From the NCBI RefSeq assembly GCF_001194135.2, contig NC_068983.1:63789795-63853794 (forward strand): DNA of 64,000 bases, given 5' to 3'. This document shows positions 24,920 through 36,740 of the stretch, one piece after another. Every line of letters begins with the position of its first letter. The first letter of the stretch is position 1. The position numbers and the translations under genes are program-made. This DNA comes from Octopus bimaculoides. Lineage: Eukaryota. The notes under the pieces were generated by a model that ran no database searches, had not been told where the DNA came from, and saw nothing but the letters and a program-made list of their open reading frames with translations.

Positions 24920-25944
24920 NNNNNNNNNNNNNNNNNNNNNNNNNNNNNNNNNNNNNNNNNNNNNNNNNNNNNNNNNNNNNNNNNNNNNNNNNNNNNNNNN
25001 NNNNNNNNNNNNNNNNNNNNNNNNNNNNNNNNNNNNNNNNNNNNNNNNNNNNNNNNNNNNNNNNNNNNNNNNNNNNNNNNNNNGAAACGATTCGTATCCA
25101 ATTAACTAAAGACTTGTTTTGTTTACGCTTTTCCCTCCGGTTTTTTGTTCTATGTGTGCCATAAATATCGCCATCTCTTTAGAGAAAAATTTGTAGTTTA
25201 GAATCAGTAGTTCTTTGACTGCTATTTCTAAATTTTCAGTATGTTGGAGAAGCAACTCAATGCTAATCCCTGTATATTTATGATGATATATATATATATA
25301 TATATACAAACGTGCCCTGTTATTTATATTGAAATTTCAATGAAGGAGCCTTGGATCTAGGTTAGAAACCGGCGCTTTCTCTATTGGCAAGAAATCTTGA
25401 AATTAAACTGAACAATGACATACATACATACACTCATACACACACATATCGTTGTGTTTTAGAGATTTAATGCATTAGCAAAGTTACTCCACATATTATT
25501 TCTATTTGTTGCGAGCTCTTTGTTCAGTTGTTATCCTTGAATTTATCAATCTTCTATAGAAAGATTTCTGCTGCTACCTTGTCTTGAAGTTAGTTTTGTA
25601 AAATATCTACCATAATTCAACTTGGATTCTATAATCTCCCTTCATTATTAGGAGATATTCTTAACTGAAGATTTCCTTCAATTCTGTACCGTTGACTTTA
25701 CTTCTTTATAATATTTAAGACAGTTATATGATTTTACATTTAAGGGTATTATATTCTCACCATTAGGTCTTTGCCGCTTATTCGCCTTCTTTATGAGCAT
25801 ATTTTGCGATTCCGAGTCATCCCAGGGCCACTGCTAAATATTTTTATGGTTTCCACTCAGGAACTTCATTGTTTCTTTTTGCTATAAAGCATTTAATTGT
25901 CTATAACCAGAAAACGATTCACATCTTTCTCTTTACTTTTCCAT

Positions 25945-25972
25945 TATCATTATTATTATTATTATTATTATT

Positions 25973-26047
<75 letters not shown>

Positions 26048-26082
26048 GTTATTGTTGTTGTTGTTGTTGCTATTATTATTAT
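25945..26082. repeat. Compound (TTA)n/(TTG)n microsatellite
   Basis: Direct reading. Confidence 0.95.
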
Positions 26083-26859
26083 CAGCGGTGGAGGTGATAG
26101 TATTAGTTGTAGTTGTAGAGTAGAATTTACTGTTGTTTTCATTGCTTTTACTGTTGTTGTCTCTATTCGTGTCGGTTTTTTCTTTGCTGTGGCAAGATGC
26201 TTTTTAACGAGCTCCGAAGAATTTATATTACAACCACGCTTTTGTTGAATGGAAATTATTTTGTTTTCTGATGATTTCACAAAGGAATCCTAATGGAAAG
26301 CCCGGAGAGGTGTTTTCTGTTGCAGGGAATTCTTGAGGGCATGTTTTTAGACATTCACATCGTGTATTTTGTTCGTAAACCGTTAACAAAGATGGCGTCT
26401 ACAACAGTAACGAACGCGAGCCCCTGAAAATGAACAGCATATCTTTTATAGTGATTGAGAAAAAAATACAAAAATTTATATTAATAAATACATAAACGCA
26501 CTAATTTTTTATTATTGCCTTGGCAATTGCGAACACTGCCGTACAAAATGTGGGCAATATAGATATTTTAATGGTATTGTTAAAAGTACTACAGCATTTG
26601 GACAGACGAACCCGTAGCACATGAAAATCTAAACAGAAAAAAAGACAATCTAAAGGTAAGTATGATAATTTTGCTAGTGTTGGAAGCGTAAGAGGGAATC
26701 TACAAATAATCAAAGTCGTACAAAAATCGCCTTGTAGACCTATTCGAAGCGAGACTGTGCTTACTTACCTGAGTATATCTAAGGAATGGTAAAGAAAATA
26801 GAATTGTTTCTGTGTGTAGGGAAATATACCATCATCTTTCGAACGAGCAGCCGATCAAT

Positions 26860-28240
26860 TTAGATCAATCAAAAAATTTTCGATTGGGTTGATATTGATA
26901 TTTGACTGCTGGCTTCACGATAGCCGATCTTGGTTCAGATTTATCTAATTTGATCTGCTGGTATTTTGAAAACAGGGGCTGGATTGCTGCTATATACAAC
27001 AAAATCTACTCGTTGATCACATGATACTAAACAGCCTATCAGAACCGTATACAGGCACGACGTCAATGTCATAGGGTCGGCTACCAAGCACATCGGCACT
27101 GCTGTGAACGACTTCGAAAAATGGCAGGAGCCAAAATAACTTAGAAAAATGTCTTTGGCCCTGCAGTGTGGTAGTTTGACAGTCTGTTGAGGTGCTGGAT
27201 CTAATTTCCTCGGGATCTGGAAGTGGACATATATAATCAATCTCTCTCAGAAATGTGACGAGAAGACGCCAATTACGAAGAGTAGGATGGAGATGTCTAA
27301 CGCATATATTTCATTCATCTTTTGACATCGGTCTGACGATGATGCCCTGCACCTCTCCATTGCTGAATTGCTGACGAGCTTAGAAAACTGGCTCTTTTGC
27401 TTTCTGTGGAGGCGATGGATTCCACTGGTCTGATAGTCTGTTGGCTCTCAACATTTGCTGCGAAGAGAACTGGGCTTGACGAAATTAATGATGTGCACAC
27501 AAGCGCTGAGGCAACATCTCCAGTGTTTCCTTGGTGGTGAGCAGATGCGACTGTCGTTTGTCAGGCGCTCAGTCGGGCTGTGGAGTTGGTGAAGCTTCCA
27601 CTAAAGCGTGCTATAGAGGAGTAGTGGCAGGCAAGAATGATGACATCTCTGGAGAAACTCTGCGTACCGAGAAGCATGAATTATCTAATCGTTTTCTGGA
27701 GGACTTCCGGTCCTGAGCCTATGAATAATTCGCAGCAGTCACTAACAGGAAATATTGCTAGTACACTACCCGTGCATTGCTGACTATGAAGTTATGTCGA
27801 AGTGCTAATATAGTATGAAGGAGTGATCCAACACTTGGCCGGCTTCATCGTGAACAGCGTTTCGCTACTCCTCTTTCTCTGGGAATGGCAGTCATTAATA
27901 CTTTGCCTAGTATGAGTGGCAAAAGATGTCTAGTGATGGATGAGATTGAAAGGACTTAAGACACACACTTCCATTCTGTGTTAAGTTCAACTTGAAAAGG
28001 AATGTGATACTGGAGAGTGAATGCTACTTCTCAAGTAAATTTAATTGAAGGTCAGTGGATGAGTCAGGATGACCCGAGAGACAGGGCCGACTCTTAGCTT
28101 GCGGCTACAGGAAGAGAAAAACGGATGGATTGGGGTTGTCCCCTTATAGGGCTTATGATTATCAGAGGGAACTAAGATTGATAGGGTTCTTTGGGTACAC
28201 ATCCTTGTTGAGTATTTTTTTGCTAATAAATTTATCGTTA
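26860..28240 (+). mobile_element. Decayed L1/Tx1-like ORF2 3' part
   Basis: VYRHDVNVIGS (YADD region), NFLGIW, LRQHL..FLG, ASTKACYRGVV and a downstream AATAAA; resembles the other Tx1-like copies. Confidence 0.6.
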
Positions 28241-28619
28241 ATTTTAGTTGTTTTATCGTTTACACCTGTATATATAAATCCTCTTTGTCCTTTGTAATGC
28301 GCTAAATGTTTTTTGCGGTCCTTGCTGTTCTCAACAAAAATCAGGGATGAAGAAGGCAACACAACGACCTAGCCAACAACAGCAGCAACAGCAATGGCTT
28401 TTATCAATAAAAGCAGCAGCAGTAAATTGAAAAAGAACAACAGATGCAACATCAACAACAACACTAGCAACAACAGTGGCAGCAGCAGCATAAATAAAGG
28501 CAGTTGCTGCAAAAAGAACGACAACGGTAACAACACTTGTATCGACAGCAAAGCTGTCAGGAGCAACAATTCCCACAAAAGCGGGACCAAATATCGCTGC
28601 TCAGAAAAACTACAACCTA

Positions 28620-29180
28620 ACTCTCTGTCAGTCTGTCTGTCTCTCTTCGCACCTCATTTGAACGCAAATACCTACATGGACACCTCCCGCCAACTTCACC
28701 CGCATCCCATCTCTACGATCTGGAAATTTCATCTTGCGAGGAAGAAGGACAACCACGAAAATATAAAACAGAAAATGACAGTAGAAATTTTTATAAACCG
28801 ACATCCACTCTAAACGATCAACACAATTGATCAAAATCGCATCAAACAAAGACAAATCCACTACTCCGCTAGCAACATCACCCCACCTTCAACTAATAGA
28901 AAAACACACAACCACCCCAAGCCTCACAAACTTTATGATGATACGTAGCGCGATTATGCAACTGATGTCCTTCATTGTACAAAAGGAAAACATTAAAATA
29001 GTAGGAAACGTCTTGAGGACCACTACATTCATAGTACTGCAAAAGTTGAAAATGATAAGGGTAAAATTAGAGAGGTACAAAATAATAGGTAAAAGCATTC
29101 CTCCAGTGACATGGGTAGCCCCAGTGCATTGGCCAGCTATGAGCTCCGAAATGTCTATTCAAGGAAGAACCAAAATTTGA
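28620..29180 (+). mobile_element. Possible decayed LINE ORF1 fragment
   Basis: ENIKIVGNVLRTTTFIVLQKL...IIGKSIPPVTW loosely resembles RRM-like LINE ORF1; weak. Confidence 0.25.
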
Positions 29181-29299
29181 TTGAGTTCGAGTCATCCAGT
29201 CTCCGCATACATCAAATGCGTGTTTAATCTTCATCCTTTATTCCTCTTTTATATCCCTATGGGAGATTTGTAGTGGAATGTATAAATGCACGTCTCCTG

Positions 29300-30400
29300 A
29301 ATCACCATAAAAGCAGGTTGCCAGATTACTGACCTCAGGTTGCTAGGTTTGAATATAATAAGTATCTACAAGACCAGAATTTCTGAAACACATTTATTAG
29401 TACCAGTTTTTGCCGATTAGGAAATCTACGCATTTCTTGCTTCGAAAGTGAGTCATGCTATTTGGGAAATGCGCCGCTTTCGAGATATAGTCTATCTTTC
29501 TGAATATGGACGGTAAATTGGTCGGCCTGGACGTGAACAGTAGGGAAGGTGGTGCTTTTGGAGCGGGCTAGGGAGGCCAGAATTCTTCAGGTCCTGGAGA
29601 TTTTCTTGAAAATATACCACTCTTTAGTGATAAATTTTGGAATAGAATCTTGGATGTGCATCTAAACTATGTGGGGTTAGCTGAGAGAGAATGGATTTGT
29701 AAAGACCTCGTAGACCTGCTCAGTTGATTCCAGCCAGTTGGCTGTACTGGGGAGAAGTTACCAAAGCTAGATGGTCTGCCCTACGACGCTTCATTTTCAT
29801 ATGGTAGGATAATTCGGGTGTGATTTGAGCAGATGTCTACTGCAACAATGACTAGAAGGGAAGACTTGCAATTCCTGCTAAAAGAGATGTGGTGGTGCTA
29901 TTGAGAAAGGATCCGAGCATTATTTTAACAAGTTGATGCCCGTAGCTCAGTCGTGCCTCACGCCAAACTGATACAGCCATAACATCCACTCCAGATAAAA
30001 CATCATTTAAGGGTAGGTAAAAAAACCTGGTATCGACTGGAACCTTGATCTGGTATTTCCGGATCGGGATAGATACTGGTTTATGCCGTCAGTCGTGCCT
30101 GCCTCAGTGTTTGAGTATTGTTGACTTTTGGAAGGAAATATGTCTAAAAGCTACTATCACGGGTACGATGAATCCATCTATTGACCGACTCCACAGTGAA
30201 AATTGTTACACCACCTTTATTTGGTCGGGATGGAGATACAGATTGCCTCTGTGTGCTGGCTATAGTAGTTCAAGTAGTTCCGTTTGGAAAGAAACTAAGG
30301 GTGGAGAGGGATGTACTGTGTTACTCATCCCGAGTAAATATGCAAAAAGGTGGGTGGATGTTGCAATAATGGCCCCAGTGACTGGATTTAATCTTATTTT
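29300..30400 (-). mobile_element. Decayed L1/Tx1-like AP endonuclease fragment
   Basis: SVSPSRPNKGGVTIF matches YVSPCRPGGGGGVLVLI in ORF2 at ~62.8 kb. Confidence 0.45.
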
Positions 30401-30411
30401 GCTTCTTGTAG

Positions 30412-30457
30412 TTTGAAAATTACGAACGAGGATGGGTCACTTACAAGTGTGTACCTG
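30412..30457 (+). CDS. Candidate host-gene exon C (phase 2 to 0): (S)LKITNEDGSLTSVYL; the alternative open frame reads FENYERGWVTYKCVP
   Basis: Long pyrimidine tract TCTTATTTTGCTTCTTGTAG and consensus CTG|GTAAGT donor 46 nt apart. Confidence 0.5.
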
Positions 30458-31494
30458 GTAAGTAATATGACTCAAGGTATTTGGAGTTCTTTAGTCGCTC
30501 CCGCATTATGTTTGCGCCCCTACTACTGAGAAATTTCAATATCATTATTCTCTTGTGAATTGTTGCTCGTTTGTTAACGCGGTTTTATGTAAATCTCCAT
30601 TGTCTTTTGACTCTGTAGTGTATAAAATGATTTTGTGTCCCTTGTGGCCAATAAAGAAGGTATTATTATATTATTATAATTCTTGTTGTTGCTACTGCTG
30701 CTGTTCCAGCTCCTGCCTTTGTCGTTGTCATTGTTACTGGTGTCTGTTGTGATGATTTTCAGTGAGTGCAACCACGTCTTGCATATCTGTCGTTTTGATA
30801 TTGTCACGTTTATGAAACGCTGTATAATGTTCTTCTTTTTTATGTCATGTCATGGAAGCCTGTTTCCAAGGCATGCAAGTTCATTTAATTAATTCTCGTC
30901 CCATTAAAAAAATATTTTTTTTAAATGATCATTATAAGGTTTTTTTATTCGGCCTGACATCAATGGATATTATCCTCTTCTTACGAAATTGCATGATGTT
31001 TTAGTTGTAATACTGTTATAAGATGCAAGTGAAGTTTAGAAAACTGATGTATCTTTATGAAAAAAGAATTCTGTTGAAAAGCTTGAATTTTCTTTGATTC
31101 ATTCAATTACTACTTGCAATATATCAAATATGAAAACAACTATTGCTTCGGGGATGGAAAATAGAAATATAAGCATCAGGAGTCTCGTTCACGGAGTTAA
31201 TAAGGTTATAGCATCAGAAAATGTAGAAAAGTGAATGGTTTTCTGTAGCAACTGAGGCAACATATATAGCAATAACGTTCACACTCAGACCTAAGTGCTA
31301 TTCCTTGGCAGGAGAATAATGCATAAATTGAAAGGAGATAGTTCCTTTCAAAATAAGTTGAAATTTCTAACTTGAAAAGGCAGTCCTAAACGAAGGTGTG
31401 GAAAAATTGTCTGAGTTAGGACTCATCTCCTTCCTGAAGAATTTATTCAGAAACAGAGAAAGAGAAAACTCACCTACTTTTTGTTTTTGCTAAG

Positions 31495-31587
31495 GAAGAA
31501 ATACTTACAGAGATTTTGTGGGAGATGTCAAGGAAAGATATAGTAGATTTTTGGAGATTTTGTGGGAGATGTCAAGGAAAGATATAG
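31495..31587 (+). CDS. Candidate terminal exon D (phase 0): EEILTEILWEMSRKDIVDFWRFCGRCQGKI*
   Basis: CTCAC branch-like motif plus CTACTTTTTGTTTTTGCTAAG acceptor; phase matches exon C; TAG stop at 31585-31587 inside the 44-bp repeat. Confidence 0.42.
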   Translation, partial: EEILTEILWEMSRKDIVDFWRFCGRCQGKI

Positions 31588-31641
31588 TAGATTTTTGGAG
31601 ATTTTGTGGGAGATGTCAAGGAAAGATCTAGTAGATTTTTG
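31510..31641. repeat. Minisatellite: 3 x 44 bp
   Basis: GAGATTTTGTGGGAGATGTCAAGGAAAGATATAGTAGATTTTTG at 31510, 31554 and 31598 (one A>C change in copy 3); no spacers. Confidence 0.97.
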
Positions 31642-31749
31642 GGCTAGCGCTTTGCTTGCATAGAAAGATAAAGCTTACGGTACCGTCTGTCTGATCTTTA
31701 AGACAAAAGCAACAACACCACCAGCACCAGTACCAGCACCAGCACCAGC

Positions 31750-31780
<31 letters not shown>

Positions 31781-32645
31781 CAGAAACAGCAACAACAACA
31801 CTAACTACAACAACCACCACCCAAAACAACAACTACAGCATAACCAATAACTTAACATTTTGTTATGAGGAGAAGGGAGACAAGCAAGAGTTCAAATTGC
31901 CGAGTAGAGCGTTCAAGGCACAGATCCTCTCTTACCTTCACCATCCGAAAGGATGAGAAGCATTTTCGGGATGAGGCATGATCGGTTCCCGGCCGAAGTG
32001 GGGGAACGAAATTGATAGGACTATGAAAACCGTGTTGTTTTCTCACCTTACCTAGGTGAAGATTTATTTTGTGCTTTCCCGTTAACTTATATTCTAAACC
32101 CATAGATTTTCCTTATTACCAGTGTTTATCATGATCAAAATTCAAATTCACACGGGCACACTCAGACGCATATACACACATTTATTTATAACACACATTC
32201 ATAAACAAACATATACGCATATCCATATATATTGTTCCGTAGTGGTACTGTATAGTACATGCTTTTAAATTACTACCTTGCACAGCTCGGTGGGCTTTGT
32301 ATATATACAATATTTTGCTTTAGTTTCGTTACATTTAATGTATTAAAATTTTTCTACGTAATATGTGTCCAGTGACTGGCAACGTTATTATCTGTATGTA
32401 ATACATATTTGCAAGTCCTGGTGGAATATTCGCTAATGCATTTCTTTGCATAAAAGTGGATCATTTCCAAAGCAACTCTACTATAGGATTTGTTTCTGTT
32501 TTCATACCCTGCATTCGGGTTATCTCTATTTACTGACCTTTATATTTGAATAACTTATTTACTCTTGTTCGTATTATTGCTCTAAAACCTTTTTTTCGAT
32601 CTAGCACTACTTTTATACTATATACACACAAAATACATACATTCG

Positions 32646-32676
<31 letters not shown>

Positions 32677-32699
32677 GTATATATAGGAAGAGGATACAC

Positions 32700-32870
32700 A
32701 AAAAAAAACGATGCAGACGGGTGGTGTGGACAACAAACAGATGTATTAGTTTAACGCTCGGGAAGGGAAAAAAGTCTTTAACGTTTCGAGCCTACGCTCT
32801 TCCACAGAGAGGAACACAGAAAGAAACAGGGAGAGAAAATAAAGAATGTGTAGTGGCTAGGATAATGTTT
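32700..32870 (-). mobile_element. Penelope-type pLTR fragment with hammerhead-like motif
   Basis: Minus strand reads CTGTGGAAGAGCGTAGGCTCGAAACGTTAAAGAC; same family as 34810-34990. Confidence 0.55.
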
Positions 32871-33056
32871 CAACAAATAGAAAGTTAAAAGAGGAAAGAT
32901 AATCTTGAAATGAAAAAAAAAGCATAAATCCTCTAAATACAGCTATCTATAAATGGCGGAATTTAAAATGTATTTCCATCAGAAAAAAAACCAAAAAAAC
33001 TGGTAAAATATTTTTACAAGATTCGTTGGTTTTTACTTTAAGATTATATGCATACA

Positions 33057-33134
<78 letters not shown>

Positions 33135-34735
33135 NNNNNNNNNNAGGGATCAGCAAATATTTGCTTCACCATATACCGACGTTCAGAAATAGCAGCTAAC
33201 AAAGCTGAGAATCTCACAGATAGCATCACTTGTAACTCACAAAGGCAAAAACAAGAAGAAAAAACAATGAAATACTAACCAATTTTGATGGTTAACAGTA
33301 GACGCGTTCCTGGATTATGATTGATAATCAATTTCCTTCATCAATACTGTATTCCAGTAGTAAATTTGACTATGCTAGCAAACCGTTCAAGCATGAACGA
33401 GTAATATTCCACACCGACACAGATTCGAAAGCATAATCGAATCCACCTCGGTCAGCCAGTCTAACTGCCCTTCCCTCAAGAAATTACCATGTGCGCGACA
33501 ATTGATATCGCAGAGAATCTGCGTATACTAACCGGGAGTGAATAATTATTACAAATTAAAAGGGTAAAGGATTATCAATTTATTAATTAATAAATCAATT
33601 AACAATTAATAATTTTTACCAAGCCCATCGGTATGAAAGCACCATTATTGGTGGAGAACTTATTTAAAAGGTCATATATATTTATAAATATAATTAAGGG
33701 ATCAGCAAATATTTGCTNNNNNNNNNNNNNNNNNNNNNNNNNNNNNNNNNNNNNNNNNNNNNNNNNNNNNNNNNNNNNNNNNNNNNNNNNNNNNNNNNNN
33801 NNNNNNNNNNNNNNNNNNNNNNNNNNNNNNNNNNNNNNNNNNNNNNNNNNNNNNNNNNNNNNNNNNNNNNNNNNNNNNNNNNNNNNNNNNNNNNNNNNNN
33901 NNNNNNNNNNNNNNNNNNNNNNNNNNNNNNNNNNNNNNNNNNNNNNNNNNNNNNNNNNNNNNNNNNNNNNNNNNNNNNNNNNNNNNNNNNNNNNNNNNNN
34001 NNNNNNNNNNNNNNNNNNNNNNNNNNNNNNNNNNNNNNNNNNNNNNNNNNNNNNNNNNNNNNNNNNNNNNNNNNNNNNNNNNNNNNNNNNNNNNNNNNNN
34101 NNNNNNNNNNNNNNNNNNNNNNNNNNNNNNNNNNNNNNNNNNNNNNNNNNNNNNNNNNNNNNNNNNNNNNNNNNNNNNNNNNNNNNNNNNNNNNNNNNNN
34201 NNNNNNNNNNNNNNNNNNNNNNNNNNNNNNNNNNNNNNNNNNNNNNNNNNNNNNNNNNNNNNNNNNNNNNNNNNNNNNNNNNNNNNNNNNNNNNNNNNNN
34301 NNNNNNNNNNNNNNNNNNNNNNNNNNNNNNNNNNNNNNNNNNNNNNNNNNNNNNNNTATATAAATAAGACATCAAAATAGATAAAGGAGAATGATACATC
34401 TTCAAAATTTATTTATTGTCAGAATGTAATAATATAATATGAAGAAAATTACTTTAATGAATAAATATCCATGTTGTATTATTATCCATACTTCATTGTA
34501 ATGTCTTGGTTATATAATCTGTCTCCTACAAGGAATCCACTGAACCGACCTTTAGATTTACCATTCGAAAGTACAGTATAATTGTTTATCAGAAACGATG
34601 CTTTAACTGTTTCCTATCTTTCGATGTGGTTAACCAAAACTGGGTTTCATCAGAGTGGTAATAATGCATATCCTCAGATTTGAAGTCCTTGTTCAAATGT
34701 ATGTATGTATGTATGTATGTATATATGTATGTACG

Positions 34736-34766
<31 letters not shown>

Positions 34767-34809
34767 ATGTATATATATTATACATACATACATATATATG
34801 TTGACAGAG

Positions 34810-35270
34810 AATTCACAAAAAATCAAACGACGGACGAAGACAAGTGGTGTAGACAACATACAGATGTATTAGTTTAACGCTTGGGAAGTGAAAGGCCTTT
34901 AACCTTTCGAGCCTACGGTCTTCCACAGAAAGGAATACAGAAAGAAACAAGGCGAGAAAATAAAAAATGTGTAGTGGTTAGCGATCTATCATGGCGAATG
35001 CCGGACAGAGGGGTAAGCAGAAAGTACAGAAAAAGTATAGAAAGTATAAAAAAGTTACGAAAAGTTCAAAAGATTCAAAAGCTTCGAACGTCGTGGTGTA
35101 TTGGAGCGATTTTTCATCAAGAGAGGTACATCCTGAAGTGTAGAGATTCCGTAAAAGTTCGTTGCGCGATGAGAGGAGACAGGATCAACTAGTGCGACCA
35201 CGCGAGCGTGTAATATATGGGGATAATTCACAAAAAAAAAAATCAAAAGACACAGACAGGTGGTGTATAT
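34810..35270 (-). mobile_element. Penelope-type pLTR fragment with partial tandem terminal repeat
   Basis: Second copy of the 32.7-kb repeat; the GACA.GTGGTGTA terminus occurs twice (~34840 and ~35255). Confidence 0.5.
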
Positions 35271-35281
35271 ATACACATATA

Positions 35282-35327
<46 letters not shown>

Positions 35328-35980
35328 NNNNNNNNNNNNNNNNNNNNNNNNNNNNNNNNNNNNNNNNNNNNNNNNNNNNNNNNNNNNNNNNNNNNNNNNN
35401 NNNNNNNNNNNNNNNNNNNNNNNNNNNNNNNNNNNNNNNNNNNNNNNNNNNNNNNNNNNNNNNNNNNNNNNNNNNNNNNNNNNNNNNNNNNNNNNNNNNN
35501 NNNNNNNNNNNNNNNNNNNNNNNNNNNNNNNNNNNNNNNNNNNNNNNNNNNNNNNNNNNNNNNNNNNNNNNNNNNNNNNNNNNNNNNNNNNNNNNNNNNN
35601 NNNNNNNNNNNNNNNNNNNNNNNNNNNNNNNNNNNNNNNNNNNNNNNNNNNNNNNNNNNNNNNNNNNNNNNNNNNNNNNNNNNNNNNNNNNNNNNNNNNN
35701 NNNNNNNNNNNNNNNNNNNNNNNNNNNNNNNNNNNNNNNNNNNNNNNNNNNNNNNNNNNNNNNNNNNNNNNNNNNNNNNNNNNNNNNNNNNNNNNNNNNN
35801 NNNNNNNNNNNNNNNNNNNNNNNNNNNNNNNNNNNNNNNNNNNNNNNNNNNNNNNNNNNNNNNNNNNNNNNNNNNNNNNNNNNNNNNNNNNNNNNNNNNN
35901 NNNNNNNNNNNNNNNNNNNNNNNNNNNNNNNNNNNNNNNNNNNNNNNNNNNNNNNNNNNNNNNNNNNNNNNNNNNNNNNN

Positions 35981-36024
<44 letters not shown>

Positions 36025-36037
36025 TATCTTTTCTGAA

Positions 36038-36240
36038 GGCGCATGGCTTAATGGTTAGGGCGTTGCACTCACGATTGCAGATCGTGGGTTCGATTCTCAT
36101 ACCGGCCGTTGCGTTGTGTTCTTGAGCAAAAGCACTTCATTTCGCGTTTCTCTGCGATCATTTCGTCATCTGGCAAATGGCACACGGTGCACCTGTACTG
36201 ATAAAGTCGATTTGATGGAGTGAGCTTATATGTACAAAAA
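36038..36240 (+). mobile_element. tRNA-derived SINE, second family
   Basis: GGCGCATGGCTTAATGGTTAGGGCG (A box)...GGTTCGATTC (B box), followed by a CORE-like GTGTTCTTGAGCAAAAGCACTT. Confidence 0.7.
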
Positions 36241-36329
36241 AAAAAAGACACCACATCGTCTGTGTGGTTGTTCGGCAAGAAATTGCCGAAACCCCATACG
36301 TTGTCTAACGCCGGGAGTGTCCATGATTT

Positions 36330-36539
36330 ATTATCTTTCACTTGTTTCAGTCCAGATTGCGGCCATGCTGGGGCATCACCTTGCAGATTTTTAGTCGAAT
36401 GAATCGACCCCTGTATTTATTTTTCTTATCTTGTATTCAATCTATCGTTCTCTTTTGCTGAACAACAAATATACGGGGGCTTAGAAGCACGAACACCAGT
36501 TGTCAAGTGATTATGGGAGACAAATACAGACACACTCAG

Positions 36540-36570
<31 letters not shown>

Positions 36571-36740
36571 CACATATGACGAGCTTCTTTCAGTTTCCGT
36601 CTAATAAATCCACTCATAAAGCCTTGGTCGACCCGAGCCTCTAGTATAAGACACTTACCCATGGTGTAAGGCAACGAGACTGAACATGAAGCCATGTCGT
36701 TTTGGAAGCATCTTCTTACCACACAGCTGCGCCTGCGCTT
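36330..36740 (-). mobile_element. CORE-like tRNA-derived SINE with internal (GT)n tract
   Basis: Head GCGCAGGCGCAGCTGTGTGGTAAGAAG...GGTAAGTGTCTT...GACGGAAACTGAAAGAAGCTCGTC, a microsatellite, then 3' part ...CCAGCATGGCCGCA...CTGAAACAAGT; paralog at 54545-54985. Confidence 0.75.

Noticed and set aside
26388-26661. AAGATGGCG (YY1/Kozak-like) plus a consensus AAG|GTAAGT donor as an alternative first exon
   Set aside because: The ATG frame stops after 11 codons and the frame needed to join exon C in phase 2 has a stop; it may be a LINE 5' remnant or chance.
31510-31641. 44-bp direct repeats as a CRISPR array
   Set aside because: The units are contiguous with no spacers, no cas-like ORFs are present and the context is eukaryotic.
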